A stretch of 64,000 nt of DNA from a virus (Duplodnaviria > Caudoviricetes). The notes beneath the pieces were generated by a model. That model was not told where the DNA came from. It did no database searches and was given only the letters and a program-made list of their open reading frames with translations. The stretch covers positions 32,001 to 96,000 of the IMG/VR virus record IMGVR_UViG_3300027672_001612. One strand, written 5' to 3'. Position 1 is the stretch's first letter; each line of letters begins with the position of its first letter. This document shows positions 1 to 9,624 of the stretch, piece by piece. Position numbers and translations under genes: made by a program.

Positions 1-678
1 ATTCATGTAAGAGCTACAAGAACAAGTACCGGAAAAACAGAAAAATTTATTATAGACAATATAGCGGATTGGTCAGCAGGCCCTAAAATATTAACTAGTG
101 ATCACTTTGGCGATACGTTCTTAGATTGCACAGGATTTCTTACATACACTGGCAATGATGCAAAAGTGTTTCAAAACACATTACCTACGCCAACAATAGT
201 TAATGATTCAGACGGTGTTCCAACTTCACTTACTATTGCAGTAGTTGGCGGAACAGATATTGTGTTAGATTTAACAGCAAATCCAGATGCCAGAAGCAGT
301 TCACAGATTGCAGGCTTCACTGGAAACATAGGCACAATGGCTGAATTTAAAAATTCATCTGATACAGCATTAGGAGCCGAGGCAGATACATTATCGCCAG
401 AACTTGCTATTGTTATGCCTTTGCCAGTTCCAACAGCCAAACCAGCATGGGATTCCTTTGGACATTCAACATTGTTTAGTTCAGTATTTAATAGACTTCC
501 AGTTAACGGTGTAATGGTTGTTAACCATGTAGAGTTTGCTACAATTAACGATGCTCTTTGGGCCGTACTAGACGCACATTCTACGCAAGGTCACACATAC
601 GAAGCGACTTGGCTAGTGTCAGGTGCTGGTGAAGATACATCAGCAACAGACGTTGCTTGTATTAAACGACTTTCTTAA
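1..678 (+). CDS. Hypothetical protein, 5'-truncated; paralog of 742..1581 with a degenerate methyltransferase-like C-terminus
   Basis: Frame +1 is open from base 1 (TGKTEKFIIDN...), upstream of the track's GTG at 166; aligns by eye with the next ORF (TGKTAKFIIDN, VFQN, LPVxGV, IKR). Confidence 0.75.
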   Translation: MHVRATRTSTGKTEKFIIDNIADWSAGPKILTSDHFGDTFLDCTGFLTYTGNDAKVFQNTLPTPTIVNDSDGVPTSLTIAVVGGTDIVLDLTANPDARSSSQIAGFTGNIGTMAEFKNSSDTALGAEADTLSPELAIVMPLPVPTAKPAWDSFGHSTLFSSVFNRLPVNGVMVVNHVEFATINDALWAVLDAHSTQGHTYEATWLVSGAGEDTSATDVACIKRLS

Positions 679-691
679 AAAACAATAAAAT

Positions 692-724
692 AAAAAGCCA
701 GTTCAAAGTGACTGGCTTTTTTTT
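692..724 (+). terminator. Rho-independent terminator
   Basis: AAAAAGCCAGT-loop-ACTGGC followed by a T-run. Confidence 0.85.
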
Positions 725-730
725 GACTGA

Positions 731-736
731 TAAATA
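731..736 (+). promoter_or_regulatory. T4-like late promoter (TAAATA), 5 nt before the ATG
   Basis: GATAAATA motif directly after a terminator; ATG at 742. Confidence 0.65.
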
Positions 737-741
737 CAACT

Positions 742-1581
742 ATGACTACTAACTTAACCTTACATAATGATGCAAGACATAGCGAAGAAGATATCTACGA
801 ATATGAGTGGGAAGACTTAGCAGACGGTCTAATAACTAATGAACATGGTAGTATAATTAAATTACTATGCGATCAAATGAATAAAAACGATATCGTATTG
901 CTAATAGAGCCTATGAGTGGTACTGGCAAAACAGCTAAGTTTATTATTGACAACGCCGTCGATCCTGAAAATATTCCTAAAATTGTTTCACAAGATGTAT
1001 TTCAAAATACATTTTTATACTGTGGAGAATTTTTTGAAATTGTAGAAGACGATCCTCGAGTGTTTCAAAATTCTATAACACCTGACACCATTGCATACAA
1101 TATGGCAGGCGAAATAGAAGGCGTAACAAAGCATTATGAAAATGCAGATGACTTATACATAGATTTAAGTATCGAACCTGCAGTTAGAACTAAAGATCAA
1201 TTATCCGTAATCACAGACTTTACGCCTAAAAATATGGCAAACATGCTAAACTTTAATGGTGATGCATTGGGAGAAGCACATGAAGTGTTTGAACCTACTT
1301 TAATAGTAATGTTTCCCTTCCCAATTAGTTTAGGCTATCCTTTACATGAAGCTGAAGGCTTAGTTGGTCAATGTTTAGCATCACTCCACGCCTTACCAGT
1401 TGGTGGCGTACTAGTATTAATGGATATTCATTACGAACGTGTTAATTTACAAATGTGGCGAGCAATAGATTGTATGAAAGATCGACATAATCACGAATTT
1501 CAATTGGAGTGGTTACTTGGTTTAGCCGCTGACGGATCAAAGCAAGTATTCAAAGCCGCCGCAATTAAACGCACAGCATAA
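742..1581 (+). CDS. Hypothetical protein, methyltransferase-like C-terminus
   Basis: 279 aa; LPVGGVLVLMD resembles the LxPGGxL..D strand of class I SAM MTases; paralog of the preceding ORF. Confidence 0.6.
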   Translation: MTTNLTLHNDARHSEEDIYEYEWEDLADGLITNEHGSIIKLLCDQMNKNDIVLLIEPMSGTGKTAKFIIDNAVDPENIPKIVSQDVFQNTFLYCGEFFEIVEDDPRVFQNSITPDTIAYNMAGEIEGVTKHYENADDLYIDLSIEPAVRTKDQLSVITDFTPKNMANMLNFNGDALGEAHEVFEPTLIVMFPFPISLGYPLHEAEGLVGQCLASLHALPVGGVLVLMDIHYERVNLQMWRAIDCMKDRHNHEFQLEWLLGLAADGSKQVFKAAAIKRTA

Positions 1582-1591
1582 CTTAGGAAAA

Positions 1592-1597
1592 TAAATA
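1592..1597 (+). promoter_or_regulatory. Late promoter TAAATA, 5 nt before the KAS ATG
   Basis: ATAAATA-ctact-ATG. Confidence 0.6.
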
Positions 1598-1602
1598 CTA
1601 CT

Positions 1603-2814
1603 ATGAAACTAGCTATTACTGGTGTTGGTATAGTCTCGCCTTTAGGCAATACACTCTCCGAAAATATAGATAATTTAAAGGCTAAAAAGGTTCCTATAAC
1701 TGATTATAGACCACAAGGTCATTTCAGTGATTGGATTTTAGAAGTAGAGAAAGCATTCCATTGCAACTACGATGATGTAAATGCGGAACATCTTATTAAA
1801 ACTAAAGACAGACGTTGGATAGATCCAACTGTAGTTAGCAGTATGATAGCAGTAGATGAAGCAGTTACAATGAGTGGTCTAGACTTGCCACATGACACAC
1901 CTGTAGTAGTGGGAACTATTAGAGGAGGTGCTCCAAACTTAGCAAGATATGGTCAAACACTACATCAACACAAACGCAAAGTACACCCTCAAATACTGTT
2001 AAGTAGCTCACTAGAGTACGTTAGCAATCATATAAGCAGTCATTACAAATTACATGGCCCAAGCCTAGCAACTAGCGGAACGTGTGTCAGCGGCTTACAA
2101 GCACTAGACATTGCTAAAAAGTACATGCAAACTGAAGGATACACTAGTTGTATCGTGGGTGGCACAGACTTTATGACCAGTTCGATGAGTACAATATACT
2201 TCCAGTTACTAGGTGCAATTAGCCCAACAGGCAAAAGTGTCCCATGGGACGAAAGTAGAGACGGTTTTGTAATGGGAGAAGGCAGTGTGTATCTAGTAGT
2301 AGAACCATTAGAACTTGCACAAGAGCGTGGAGCAGATATACGTTGGGTAGTTGATGGGTTAGGTATAGCAAATGACGGAGCCCATGCAACCCAGCCAGAT
2401 TTAGAAGGCACTGGAGCCAGAATTGCAATAGATAAAGTATTTAAGCAAGCCGGTACAACAGCAGAAGATTACACAGTTTTAAATGCACATGCCACAAGCA
2501 CACCATTTGGTGATCCTGTAGAGTATAACGTGTTGAAAGATTACTTTCCAGAAGGAAGTCACTTGTACGGTAACAAAGGACAAGTGGGCCATATGATGGG
2601 TGCTAGTGGACTTGCAGAAATAGTGTTAGGTGCAGAGGCAATGATAGATGGATTTGTGCCAGCAAATGCAGGATTAGAAAATCCGTTTACAGATGATGGA
2701 CATTTTGATTTATTAACAGAAGTTAAAGAAAAAACATATACTAGAATGTTTAAAACTAGTTTTGGATTCGGCGGACGTAGTGCGGCGGTGAGTATAACTA
2801 GTGACTCCGAATAG
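1603..2814 (+). CDS. fabF: Beta-ketoacyl-ACP synthase (KAS II/FabF-like)
   Basis: ITGVGIVSPLG start; Cys (SGTCVSG), NAHATSTPFGD, GHMMGASG, RDGFVMGEG, SFGFGG. Confidence 0.85.
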   Translation: MKLAITGVGIVSPLGNTLSENIDNLKAKKVPITDYRPQGHFSDWILEVEKAFHCNYDDVNAEHLIKTKDRRWIDPTVVSSMIAVDEAVTMSGLDLPHDTPVVVGTIRGGAPNLARYGQTLHQHKRKVHPQILLSSSLEYVSNHISSHYKLHGPSLATSGTCVSGLQALDIAKKYMQTEGYTSCIVGGTDFMTSSMSTIYFQLLGAISPTGKSVPWDESRDGFVMGEGSVYLVVEPLELAQERGADIRWVVDGLGIANDGAHATQPDLEGTGARIAIDKVFKQAGTTAEDYTVLNAHATSTPFGDPVEYNVLKDYFPEGSHLYGNKGQVGHMMGASGLAEIVLGAEAMIDGFVPANAGLENPFTDDGHFDLLTEVKEKTYTRMFKTSFGFGGRSAAVSITSDSE

Positions 2815-3967
2815 TTTCGAATACAAGCAAATACAAATAACTACAATTGAAACAATTATTCCGAATGACGACAGTACGTTCAGCCAGTTATATCCATATG
2901 CTAATATAGGCACAAGAAAGTTTCCTAAGTGTTGTATCAGTTTTGAAGATTTTAGACGACTTGATAGTGACCAGATAGAAGACAACCACTTTTTTGAAAT
3001 ATCATACACCGATTGGGTTAACATCGATGATAAAAGTGTATTCAAAGATTATAACCTTATGATTTCCAAAAGCATGGAAGCATTTATACATACTGGGCTC
3101 GATAGTGTCTATCCTGACATTCCCAAGTACTGGTTTGCTGACGATGGTACTTTAGATCAAATTGATCCTAATGCCCCTGACGATAGCAATCGATATATTG
3201 GATTAGACATACCTAAACGCACAGTAGTAGTTACTGATAACATTATGCCTAATGGGCATCCTGTGGAAGGTGTACACTTTATTCCTTCTAATGTATGGCT
3301 TCAAGAGCACGATATTCAAACTCTTCTAGCTGAACAGTTTGATGAAGAAACTATAAGAGAAAATATATTTCATCCTAAAGATAAAAAGTTTATTGCATTA
3401 ATGGGTTACCCTAAACAACACCGTTGGGACTTCTTTAATAAAGTTATCGGTGATAGTGTGTTAGAAAAACAATGCTTAATAGGATCTTATCACCCTAATT
3501 TTAAACGTTCAGTGCGTAACGATACACAACTATCTCCAAGAAGTGACGGACCTAAGTATAGAAACATGGAAGTAGACTGGGTACAGAATTGTCATTTTTG
3601 GATATCAATGGAATCTTGGTATATAGGAGATTTTGATCCTATGAGTCAACTAACAGAAAAAACATACAAGCCCATAGCGGCAGGAATGCCTTTCTTAATA
3701 TCAGGCGGTGGCGCTGAACTTGATCATCTAACTAATCTAGGATTTGAAAACTTTTTAGATGTGTTCGGAGATTATAGAGGAAGTACATTCCAAGAAACTA
3801 ACGACAACATCATAAACATTATCAGTCATCCAGAAAAGTATGACAAGGAAGAACTTGCAACACGATGTATACATAACAATAAAATACTGCAACAATGGAA
3901 TACTGTAGCAGTTTGGGAACATTATTTAGAACAGGTTAATAATGTTTACATTGACAGCAATATATAA
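2801..3967 (+). CDS. Hypothetical protein, possibly glycosyltransferase-like
   Basis: 388 aa; C-terminal ES...LTEKTYKPIAAGMPF resembles GT10-like TEK motifs; GTG start uncertain. Confidence 0.5.
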   Translation: MTPNSFEYKQIQITTIETIIPNDDSTFSQLYPYANIGTRKFPKCCISFEDFRRLDSDQIEDNHFFEISYTDWVNIDDKSVFKDYNLMISKSMEAFIHTGLDSVYPDIPKYWFADDGTLDQIDPNAPDDSNRYIGLDIPKRTVVVTDNIMPNGHPVEGVHFIPSNVWLQEHDIQTLLAEQFDEETIRENIFHPKDKKFIALMGYPKQHRWDFFNKVIGDSVLEKQCLIGSYHPNFKRSVRNDTQLSPRSDGPKYRNMEVDWVQNCHFWISMESWYIGDFDPMSQLTEKTYKPIAAGMPFLISGGGAELDHLTNLGFENFLDVFGDYRGSTFQETNDNIINIISHPEKYDKEELATRCIHNNKILQQWNTVAVWEHYLEQVNNVYIDSNI

Positions 3968-3979
3968 AGGTGCTACAAT
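3951..3979 (+). promoter_or_regulatory. Sigma70-type early promoter (leaderless candidate)
   Basis: TTGACA-17-TACAAT with TG extension; ATG 6 nt after the -10. Confidence 0.75.
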
Positions 3980-3985
3980 ATTATC

Positions 3986-4405
3986 ATGAAAACAAAATTT
4001 AAATCAGCATTTATGGATACAGCAGAAAGATTTGCTGAACTAAGCAGTGCCAAACGTGCCCAAGTAGGGGCAATTATTGTTAAAGACAACAGAATTATCA
4101 GTATAGGCTACAATGGTATGCCTAGTGGTTGGGATAATGTATGCGAAATACCCGGTGAAGATAAAACAAAACCAGAAGTGTTACATGCAGAAGCAAATGC
4201 TATTACTAAGGTAGCACAAAGTTCTGACAGTAGCAAAGGTGCTACAATATTTTGCACACATGAGCCTTGCATAGATTGTGCTAAACTAATATACCAATCA
4301 GGCATTACTAAACTTATATACAAACATAAATATAATGCCGCTAAAGGGTACGGCGGAGACTTCCTAGCAAAAAGCGGAGTGGACGTTGAGCAATTAAAAA
4401 TATGA
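3986..4405 (+). CDS. dCMP deaminase
   Basis: GYNG, HAEANAI and PCIDC Zn motifs. Confidence 0.9.
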   Translation: MKTKFKSAFMDTAERFAELSSAKRAQVGAIIVKDNRIISIGYNGMPSGWDNVCEIPGEDKTKPEVLHAEANAITKVAQSSDSSKGATIFCTHEPCIDCAKLIYQSGITKLIYKHKYNAAKGYGGDFLAKSGVDVEQLKI

Positions 4406-5352
4406 AAGTTATAAAAACAGAAAACGCAGGTATACAAATAGATTGCGACATATCCAAACTAACTGAACAAGAATATAAAGACATCAACGAGTTATATTTA
4501 GATAACTTACTAATTACTTTTATTAATCAGCCATTTGAAACATTGCCGTTTGCTAAACTAATTACTAAGATGGGAACGTTTGCCAATTGGGATCAAATGC
4601 TTTGGGGACAAGACGGAGAGAATCTTAAGAAACATGCTTTTATAGATCCGTTTATATTTGAAACAGATTCTCTTAGAGAAGAGCCAGACAACTTCTATCC
4701 TGTACAACGAGTAACAGGTAAAAAAACTGAGAAAGGATTACCAACTGGTATCTTTGGTAACGGAGAACTAGATTGGCACAGTAACATGAATGGCGAAATG
4801 GATAGAGCTAGAGGTGTCGCACTACAAGGTGCATGGCATTGTGAAGGAACACATACAGCATTTATGGACACAGTTAAAGCATACGATGATATGTCTGATG
4901 AACTTAAAGCAAGATGTGAAGGTGTTATAGGCAACTACGAATACGCTCCAGAGAACTGGGCAAAAGGTGTGCCAACTCCACAGTTACATATGATGAAGGG
5001 CTTTGGACTAACTGACAGCAAATACACAATGCCATTAGTTCATGAAGGCTTTAATGGCAAGAAAGGTTTATACTTTCACTATCACAACAACTGCAAATTT
5101 GAAGATAAAGAATTAAAGCAGATACTTATGGAACATTGTTTCCAATCAAAATACATCTACGAACATGAATGGCATCCTGGAGATATTGTTATATCTGACC
5201 AAGTGCTAACCTTACATAAGCGAGTAGAGTGGGATCCGGAGATTATAGCAAAAAGAGTGCTACACAGGATAACATTCCATTACGACAACATGATTGACGA
5301 TTACTTTAACAAATACACTAAAATTAAAGAAACTAATACGCTAGAATACTAG
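4402..5352 (+). CDS. TauD/TfdA-family Fe(II)/2OG dioxygenase
   Basis: WHSN, GTHTAFMD..AYD, HEWHPGDIVISDQ..TLHKR, RVLHR. Confidence 0.8.
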   Translation: MKVIKTENAGIQIDCDISKLTEQEYKDINELYLDNLLITFINQPFETLPFAKLITKMGTFANWDQMLWGQDGENLKKHAFIDPFIFETDSLREEPDNFYPVQRVTGKKTEKGLPTGIFGNGELDWHSNMNGEMDRARGVALQGAWHCEGTHTAFMDTVKAYDDMSDELKARCEGVIGNYEYAPENWAKGVPTPQLHMMKGFGLTDSKYTMPLVHEGFNGKKGLYFHYHNNCKFEDKELKQILMEHCFQSKYIYEHEWHPGDIVISDQVLTLHKRVEWDPEIIAKRVLHRITFHYDNMIDDYFNKYTKIKETNTLEY

Positions 5353-5359
5353 AAAACGG

Positions 5360-5388
5360 TTGACATTAGTGTGTTAAGGCGGTATAAT
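5360..5388 (+). promoter_or_regulatory. Sigma70-type early promoter (leaderless candidate)
   Basis: TTGACA-17-TATAAT; ATG 6 nt downstream. Confidence 0.8.
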
Positions 5389-5394
5389 ACATAG

Positions 5395-5616
5395 ATGAAT
5401 AAGAAATCCAAGACACAAATGACTAAAGCTGAACTCATAGAGCTATGCTACGAGCTAGAGAAAGAACTAGTTACCAAGCAAAAGACTGTAGATTCATTGC
5501 AAAATGACAGAGTAGCATTAGATACAATTGTTGCTGACACAGACGTCAGTGCAATTATCACCGGCATGAATGCTAGAATTAAAAAATTAGAAGAGAGACT
5601 AGAAAATAATGGATAA
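5395..5616 (+). CDS. Hypothetical coiled-coil protein
   Basis: 73-aa ORF directly after the promoter, coupled to the next gene. Confidence 0.7.
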   Translation: MNKKSKTQMTKAELIELCYELEKELVTKQKTVDSLQNDRVALDTIVADTDVSAIITGMNARIKKLEERLENNG

Positions 5617-5995
5617 TTTAGTATTTGTTTACGGCTCGCTAAAGACAGGCGGAAACATAAGAGGCTTGGACGGAAGACCAGGAGCAGAGATTGTTGGCAG
5701 AGCAACTACAACATATCCTGATTACAACATGCTAGACTTAGGAGCCTTTCCCGGCGTAACAATGAAGGGAGAGTATAAGATCCAAGGCGAAGTATGGAAA
5801 TGCAATGCAGAGGTAATGGAAGATTTAGATGCTATAGAAGGCTATCCAGATTTTTACAACCGTGTTAGAACTGAAACAACACAAGGCAGAGCATGGATGT
5901 ATTACCTAGAAGCAGACGCCTATCAATCAGCAACATACCCAGAAAGCCCTAGTATTGAATTAATAGATGATGTACTACACTGGAAACTATTTTAA
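5609..5995 (+). CDS. Gamma-glutamylcyclotransferase (GGCT/AIG2-like)
   Basis: VFVYGSLK, GEVW, LDAIEGYP. Confidence 0.85.
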   Translation: MDNLVFVYGSLKTGGNIRGLDGRPGAEIVGRATTTYPDYNMLDLGAFPGVTMKGEYKIQGEVWKCNAEVMEDLDAIEGYPDFYNRVRTETTQGRAWMYYLEADAYQSATYPESPSIELIDDVLHWKLF

Positions 5996-6013
5996 ATGTA
6001 CGGAGTAATTGAA

Positions 6014-6328
6014 ATGAAAGACCTATCGCTAGATAGTTTAATTATGCTAACAGAAGGCTGGCATGAAGACAGGAACTTAATTAACGGTGCAACGGATAAG
6101 GATCAAGTATGTAAATTGATTCAGGAAGTTGGCGAACTATCAGATAACGTATGCAAAGGCAAAGATGTTAAAGATGACATTGGCGACTGTATGGTTGTAC
6201 TGATTAATATCGCAAAACGTAACGGAGTAACTATGCAAGAATGCTTACAAGTTGCTTACGAAGATATCAAACATCGTAGAGGTAGAATGGTCGATGGGAT
6301 TTTTGTTAAAGAGGCAGACGAGGTATAA
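6014..6328 (+). CDS. MazG-like nucleotide pyrophosphohydrolase
   Basis: KLIQEVGEL, DDIGD, IKHRRG...GIFVKE; GGAG upstream of ATG 6014. Confidence 0.85.
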   Translation: MKDLSLDSLIMLTEGWHEDRNLINGATDKDQVCKLIQEVGELSDNVCKGKDVKDDIGDCMVVLINIAKRNGVTMQECLQVAYEDIKHRRGRMVDGIFVKEADEV

Positions 6329-6330
6329 TC

Positions 6331-6522
6331 ATGAGAAACATAATTGATGGTTTCTGGAACACTTGGGACAAAACAAGTGAATTACTTTTAGATATTAATG
6401 ACTGGTATAAAGAGAAAGTCGAAGATTGGGCTTGGAAGTATAACTTCAGTACATACAACATGACATGGTTAGGATTTGCTGAAGGAGTACTATTAGTATT
6501 ACTCCTACAGTGGTTATTTTAA
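6331..6522 (+). CDS. Small membrane protein
   Basis: 63 aa; hydrophobic C-terminus; GAGG RBS. Confidence 0.65.
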   Translation: MRNIIDGFWNTWDKTSELLLDINDWYKEKVEDWAWKYNFSTYNMTWLGFAEGVLLVLLLQWLF

Positions 6523-6884
6523 TGGAACTTACTCTATTGTTAGGCTTAATGATTAAGCACACAATAGCAGATTACTTTACCCAATACAATTGGATGATTA
6601 AGGATAAGGCAACTTATGGAGCCTTTGGTGGATTAGCCCACGCAGGTTGGCATGGTATATTAACATTTTGTGTGCTACTGTTGATCACACCATTAGCATT
6701 TTGGGTAATGGCTTTATTAGGATTGTTAGATGCAGTTTTACATTATCATATAGATTATGTTAAAAGTAATGTGTGGGTAAATTACGGCTATACACCAGCA
6801 CATCAGATGTATTGGGTTACACATGGCGTTGATCAATTTGCACACTTTTTAACATATATAGGAATTGTATACTTATGCGTATAG
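6522..6884 (+). CDS. DUF3307-like membrane protein
   Basis: H..ADY..Q, H...H, HY.ID and DQ.AH motifs with TM segments. Confidence 0.75.
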   Translation: MELTLLLGLMIKHTIADYFTQYNWMIKDKATYGAFGGLAHAGWHGILTFCVLLLITPLAFWVMALLGLLDAVLHYHIDYVKSNVWVNYGYTPAHQMYWVTHGVDQFAHFLTYIGIVYLCV

Positions 6885-7927
6885 AACAAGATATTAAATT
6901 AGATTTCAATGACGTTTTACTTAGACCTAAACGTAGTACAATGGGCAGTCGTAAAGAAGTAAATCTAAGACGAGAATTTGTATTTAGGAACAGTAAACAA
7001 CGATTTAACGGCATTCCAATCATTGCTAGTAATATGCATGGCGTTGGCACATTTGCAATGGCAGAGGAACTAATTAAGATTCCTATGTTTACTGCATTAT
7101 GTAAAGACTACCAACCTGCAGAGATTTGGGATTGGTTAGGAAGCCATGTACATAAACCAGACCTATCAGACTTAGTAGCAGTTAGCACAGGTATTACTGA
7201 TATAGATGACGAAAGGATTGAAGCAACCCTTAAACTAGTTCGTAGTATTAGATATGTATGTATCGATGTTGCTAACGGATATAGTGAACGCTTCTTAGAC
7301 TATGTTGCTCGTTTTAGAGACAAGCATCCAGAAATTACAATCATTGCAGGCAATGTAGTAACGCCTGATATAACAGAGGAGTTATTATTACGTGGAGCAG
7401 ATATTGTTAAAGTGGGGATTGGTCCTGGTAGTGTTTGCACTACTCGTGTTAAGACAGGTATTGGGTACCCGCAATTATCCGCCGTTATTGAGTGTGCCGA
7501 TGCCGCTCATGGTCTTGGCGGACACATTATTGCTGATGGCGGGTGTAGTAGTCCTGGAGATGTAGTTAAGGCATTTGCCGGCGGAGCAGACTTTGTTATG
7601 CTAGGTGGTATGATGGCTGGCACGGATCAAGGTGGAGGCGAAGTAGTAGATGGGCATGTAGAATTTTACGGTAATAGCACAACAAAAGCACAGGAGGATT
7701 TCGGTGGAGTACAAAATCATAGAACAAGCGAGGGTCGTATCGTACGTTTGCCTTACAAAGGTGACGTCAATAACCCCATTACAGATATACTTGGAGGCTT
7801 GCGTAGTGGTTGCACTTATGTTGGCGCCGGGGAATTAAAACATCTTAGTAAATGTGCAACATTTGTACAAACTAAGAATGGTGCTACACATAACACAGTG
7901 TACAAGCATTTACAAGTAGGCGAATGA
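6875..7927 (+). CDS. guaC: GMP reductase
   Basis: MRIEQDIKLDFNDVLLRPKRS, CIDVANGYSE, KVGIGPGSVCTTR, ADGG. Confidence 0.95.
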   Translation: MRIEQDIKLDFNDVLLRPKRSTMGSRKEVNLRREFVFRNSKQRFNGIPIIASNMHGVGTFAMAEELIKIPMFTALCKDYQPAEIWDWLGSHVHKPDLSDLVAVSTGITDIDDERIEATLKLVRSIRYVCIDVANGYSERFLDYVARFRDKHPEITIIAGNVVTPDITEELLLRGADIVKVGIGPGSVCTTRVKTGIGYPQLSAVIECADAAHGLGGHIIADGGCSSPGDVVKAFAGGADFVMLGGMMAGTDQGGGEVVDGHVEFYGNSTTKAQEDFGGVQNHRTSEGRIVRLPYKGDVNNPITDILGGLRSGCTYVGAGELKHLSKCATFVQTKNGATHNTVYKHLQVGE

Positions 7928-7954
7928 ATATTTAATAAATAACCAGGAACAAAA

Positions 7955-8164
7955 ATGAATTATAGTATTACAGTACCAATGGAAAAGGGCGATTCGCTTA
8001 AAGCAATTAAATCTAACTCAGCACTAACTGATATGACTTTAATTATTAACGATGGATGGGCAACGTTTATCGGCTCAGCAAATACCCCAGAAGAGTTTGA
8101 AGCTGATTTAATAGACAGTATAGAAGATTTACCAGCACCAGTTACAGCAGTGGAAGTATGGTAG
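7955..8164 (+). CDS. Hypothetical protein
   Basis: 69 aa; TAAATA and AGGA upstream. Confidence 0.65.
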   Translation: MNYSITVPMEKGDSLKAIKSNSALTDMTLIINDGWATFIGSANTPEEFEADLIDSIEDLPAPVTAVEVW

Positions 8165-8165
8165 C

Positions 8166-8387
8166 ATGATTATTCCAGCCTCACACGAAGCAATTCATAT
8201 TATATGGGAATTAGAACATGAGATGCTTAATCCTAGAAACTGTGGTTATACAGGAATGGATATGAAGAAGAGGTTATGGGATATTAAGATGCGAGTTGAC
8301 GAGGCATTACTAAAAGCGCCGCCATACTACGGTGAACCAGAGTATGAAGATATTTACTTGCTGGAAAGGATAAAAGGTAATATATGA
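8166..8387 (+). CDS. Hypothetical protein
   Basis: 73 aa, tightly packed in the operon. Confidence 0.65.
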   Translation: MIIPASHEAIHIIWELEHEMLNPRNCGYTGMDMKKRLWDIKMRVDEALLKAPPYYGEPEYEDIYLLERIKGNI

Positions 8388-9175
8388 AACTAGGTATAAT
8401 TGGTAAAGGATTTGTAGGATCAGCAGTTAGCAACGGCTTTAATGATGACGTTGAACAGATAATTGTGGATCCAGAATTTACTAACAATATAATTTATGAC
8501 CTTGTGGTATTTGATCCTATTATAACGTTTGTGTGCGTTCCTACGCCTGTTTCTGAGGATGGTAGTTGCGATGTAAGTATTGCTAGAAGTGTGTTACAAG
8601 AGCTCAATGAGCTTCAGTACAAGGGTGTAGTAGTTATTAAGAGTACTATTGTGCCTGATTACTTACATGAGTTTAAAAAGGCGTATGGACTAAGGATAGT
8701 ATATAACCCAGAGTTCCTTACAGAAGCGAATGCAAATCAAGACTTTATTAATCCTAAAATGCAAGTGTTAGGTGGCAGATGGAAAGATTGTGAAGTAGTA
8801 GAAAAAGCATACTTAAGAAACAGTAAAGTTAAAGTAGTACCAACGTTTAAAACAGATTTAACCACAGCAAGTTTACTAAAATACACTATCAATAGTTACC
8901 TTGCTACCAAAGTAATGTTTATGAATGACATATACAAACTACACCAAGCAGGCAGTAGTATGGTAAGTTGGGATCAGTTTACAGACATGCTAACCAGAGA
9001 CCCTCGTATGGGAGATAGTCATATGCAAGTGCCTGGCCCAGATGGAGAGTTTGGATTTGGTGGGCATTGTTTCCCTAAAGATACAGAAGCATTATTAAAA
9101 TATGCACACGACAAAAAGATAAAACTTAGTACACTGAAAAACGCAGTGGAACACAATAAGAAAATAAGAGACTAA
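8384..9175 (+). CDS. UDP-glucose/GDP-mannose dehydrogenase family protein (short, no C-terminal domain)
   Basis: GIIGKGFVG, CVPTP, IKST, NPEFL, GFGGHCFPKD. Confidence 0.85.
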   Translation: MKLGIIGKGFVGSAVSNGFNDDVEQIIVDPEFTNNIIYDLVVFDPIITFVCVPTPVSEDGSCDVSIARSVLQELNELQYKGVVVIKSTIVPDYLHEFKKAYGLRIVYNPEFLTEANANQDFINPKMQVLGGRWKDCEVVEKAYLRNSKVKVVPTFKTDLTTASLLKYTINSYLATKVMFMNDIYKLHQAGSSMVSWDQFTDMLTRDPRMGDSHMQVPGPDGEFGFGGHCFPKDTEALLKYAHDKKIKLSTLKNAVEHNKKIRD

Positions 9176-9176
9176 C

Positions 9177-9530
9177 ATGACATCCAGAAGTAAGATACAC
9201 TTATCGATATTAACATTAACCGTAATACTATTACTAGCATTTTTTACCAGCGATGTAAAGGCAACTCCTTATATTGCATACTTCCATGAACTACCATTTG
9301 AAGGCACTACATCAATGCCAGAGACACACAGTTTACGATTAGGCTACATAGCTAACGGCATGTACATAGAAGCAGGTCCTTTAACTGGCGGACATAGTAT
9401 GGAAATGGGCTACAAGAAGACTAAAGGAAACTGGACTTTTAAGACCAAGTACGAAGGCGAAGAAACTAGGTATAATGACATGTTTAAAAGCAAGATTGAA
9501 ACTGAAGTCATTTACAAGTTCGGAAAATAA
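9177..9530 (+). CDS. Exported beta-rich protein, possibly outer membrane
   Basis: N-terminal signal peptide (VKA), alternating beta pattern, ends YKFGK. Confidence 0.5.
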   Translation: MTSRSKIHLSILTLTVILLLAFFTSDVKATPYIAYFHELPFEGTTSMPETHSLRLGYIANGMYIEAGPLTGGHSMEMGYKKTKGNWTFKTKYEGEETRYNDMFKSKIETEVIYKFGK

Positions 9531-9543
9531 GCATACATTTAGA

Positions 9544-9624
9544 TAAATACTACTGTCTATACGCAAGACGAAACTAGATACAATGCGTACTAACTGGGTT
9601 TAGACACCCTAGACGGAGATAAAA
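9544..9624 (+). promoter_or_regulatory. Late promoter plus structured 5' leader of the nitroreductase gene
   Basis: TAAATA 9544-9549; CTGTCTA/TAGACGG, TACGCA/TGCGTA and GGGT/ACCC stems; closing stem overlaps GGAG. Confidence 0.5.

Noticed and set aside
9560-9600. Hammerhead ribozyme suggested by CGAAAC in a three-way junction
   Set aside because: No CUGANGA core
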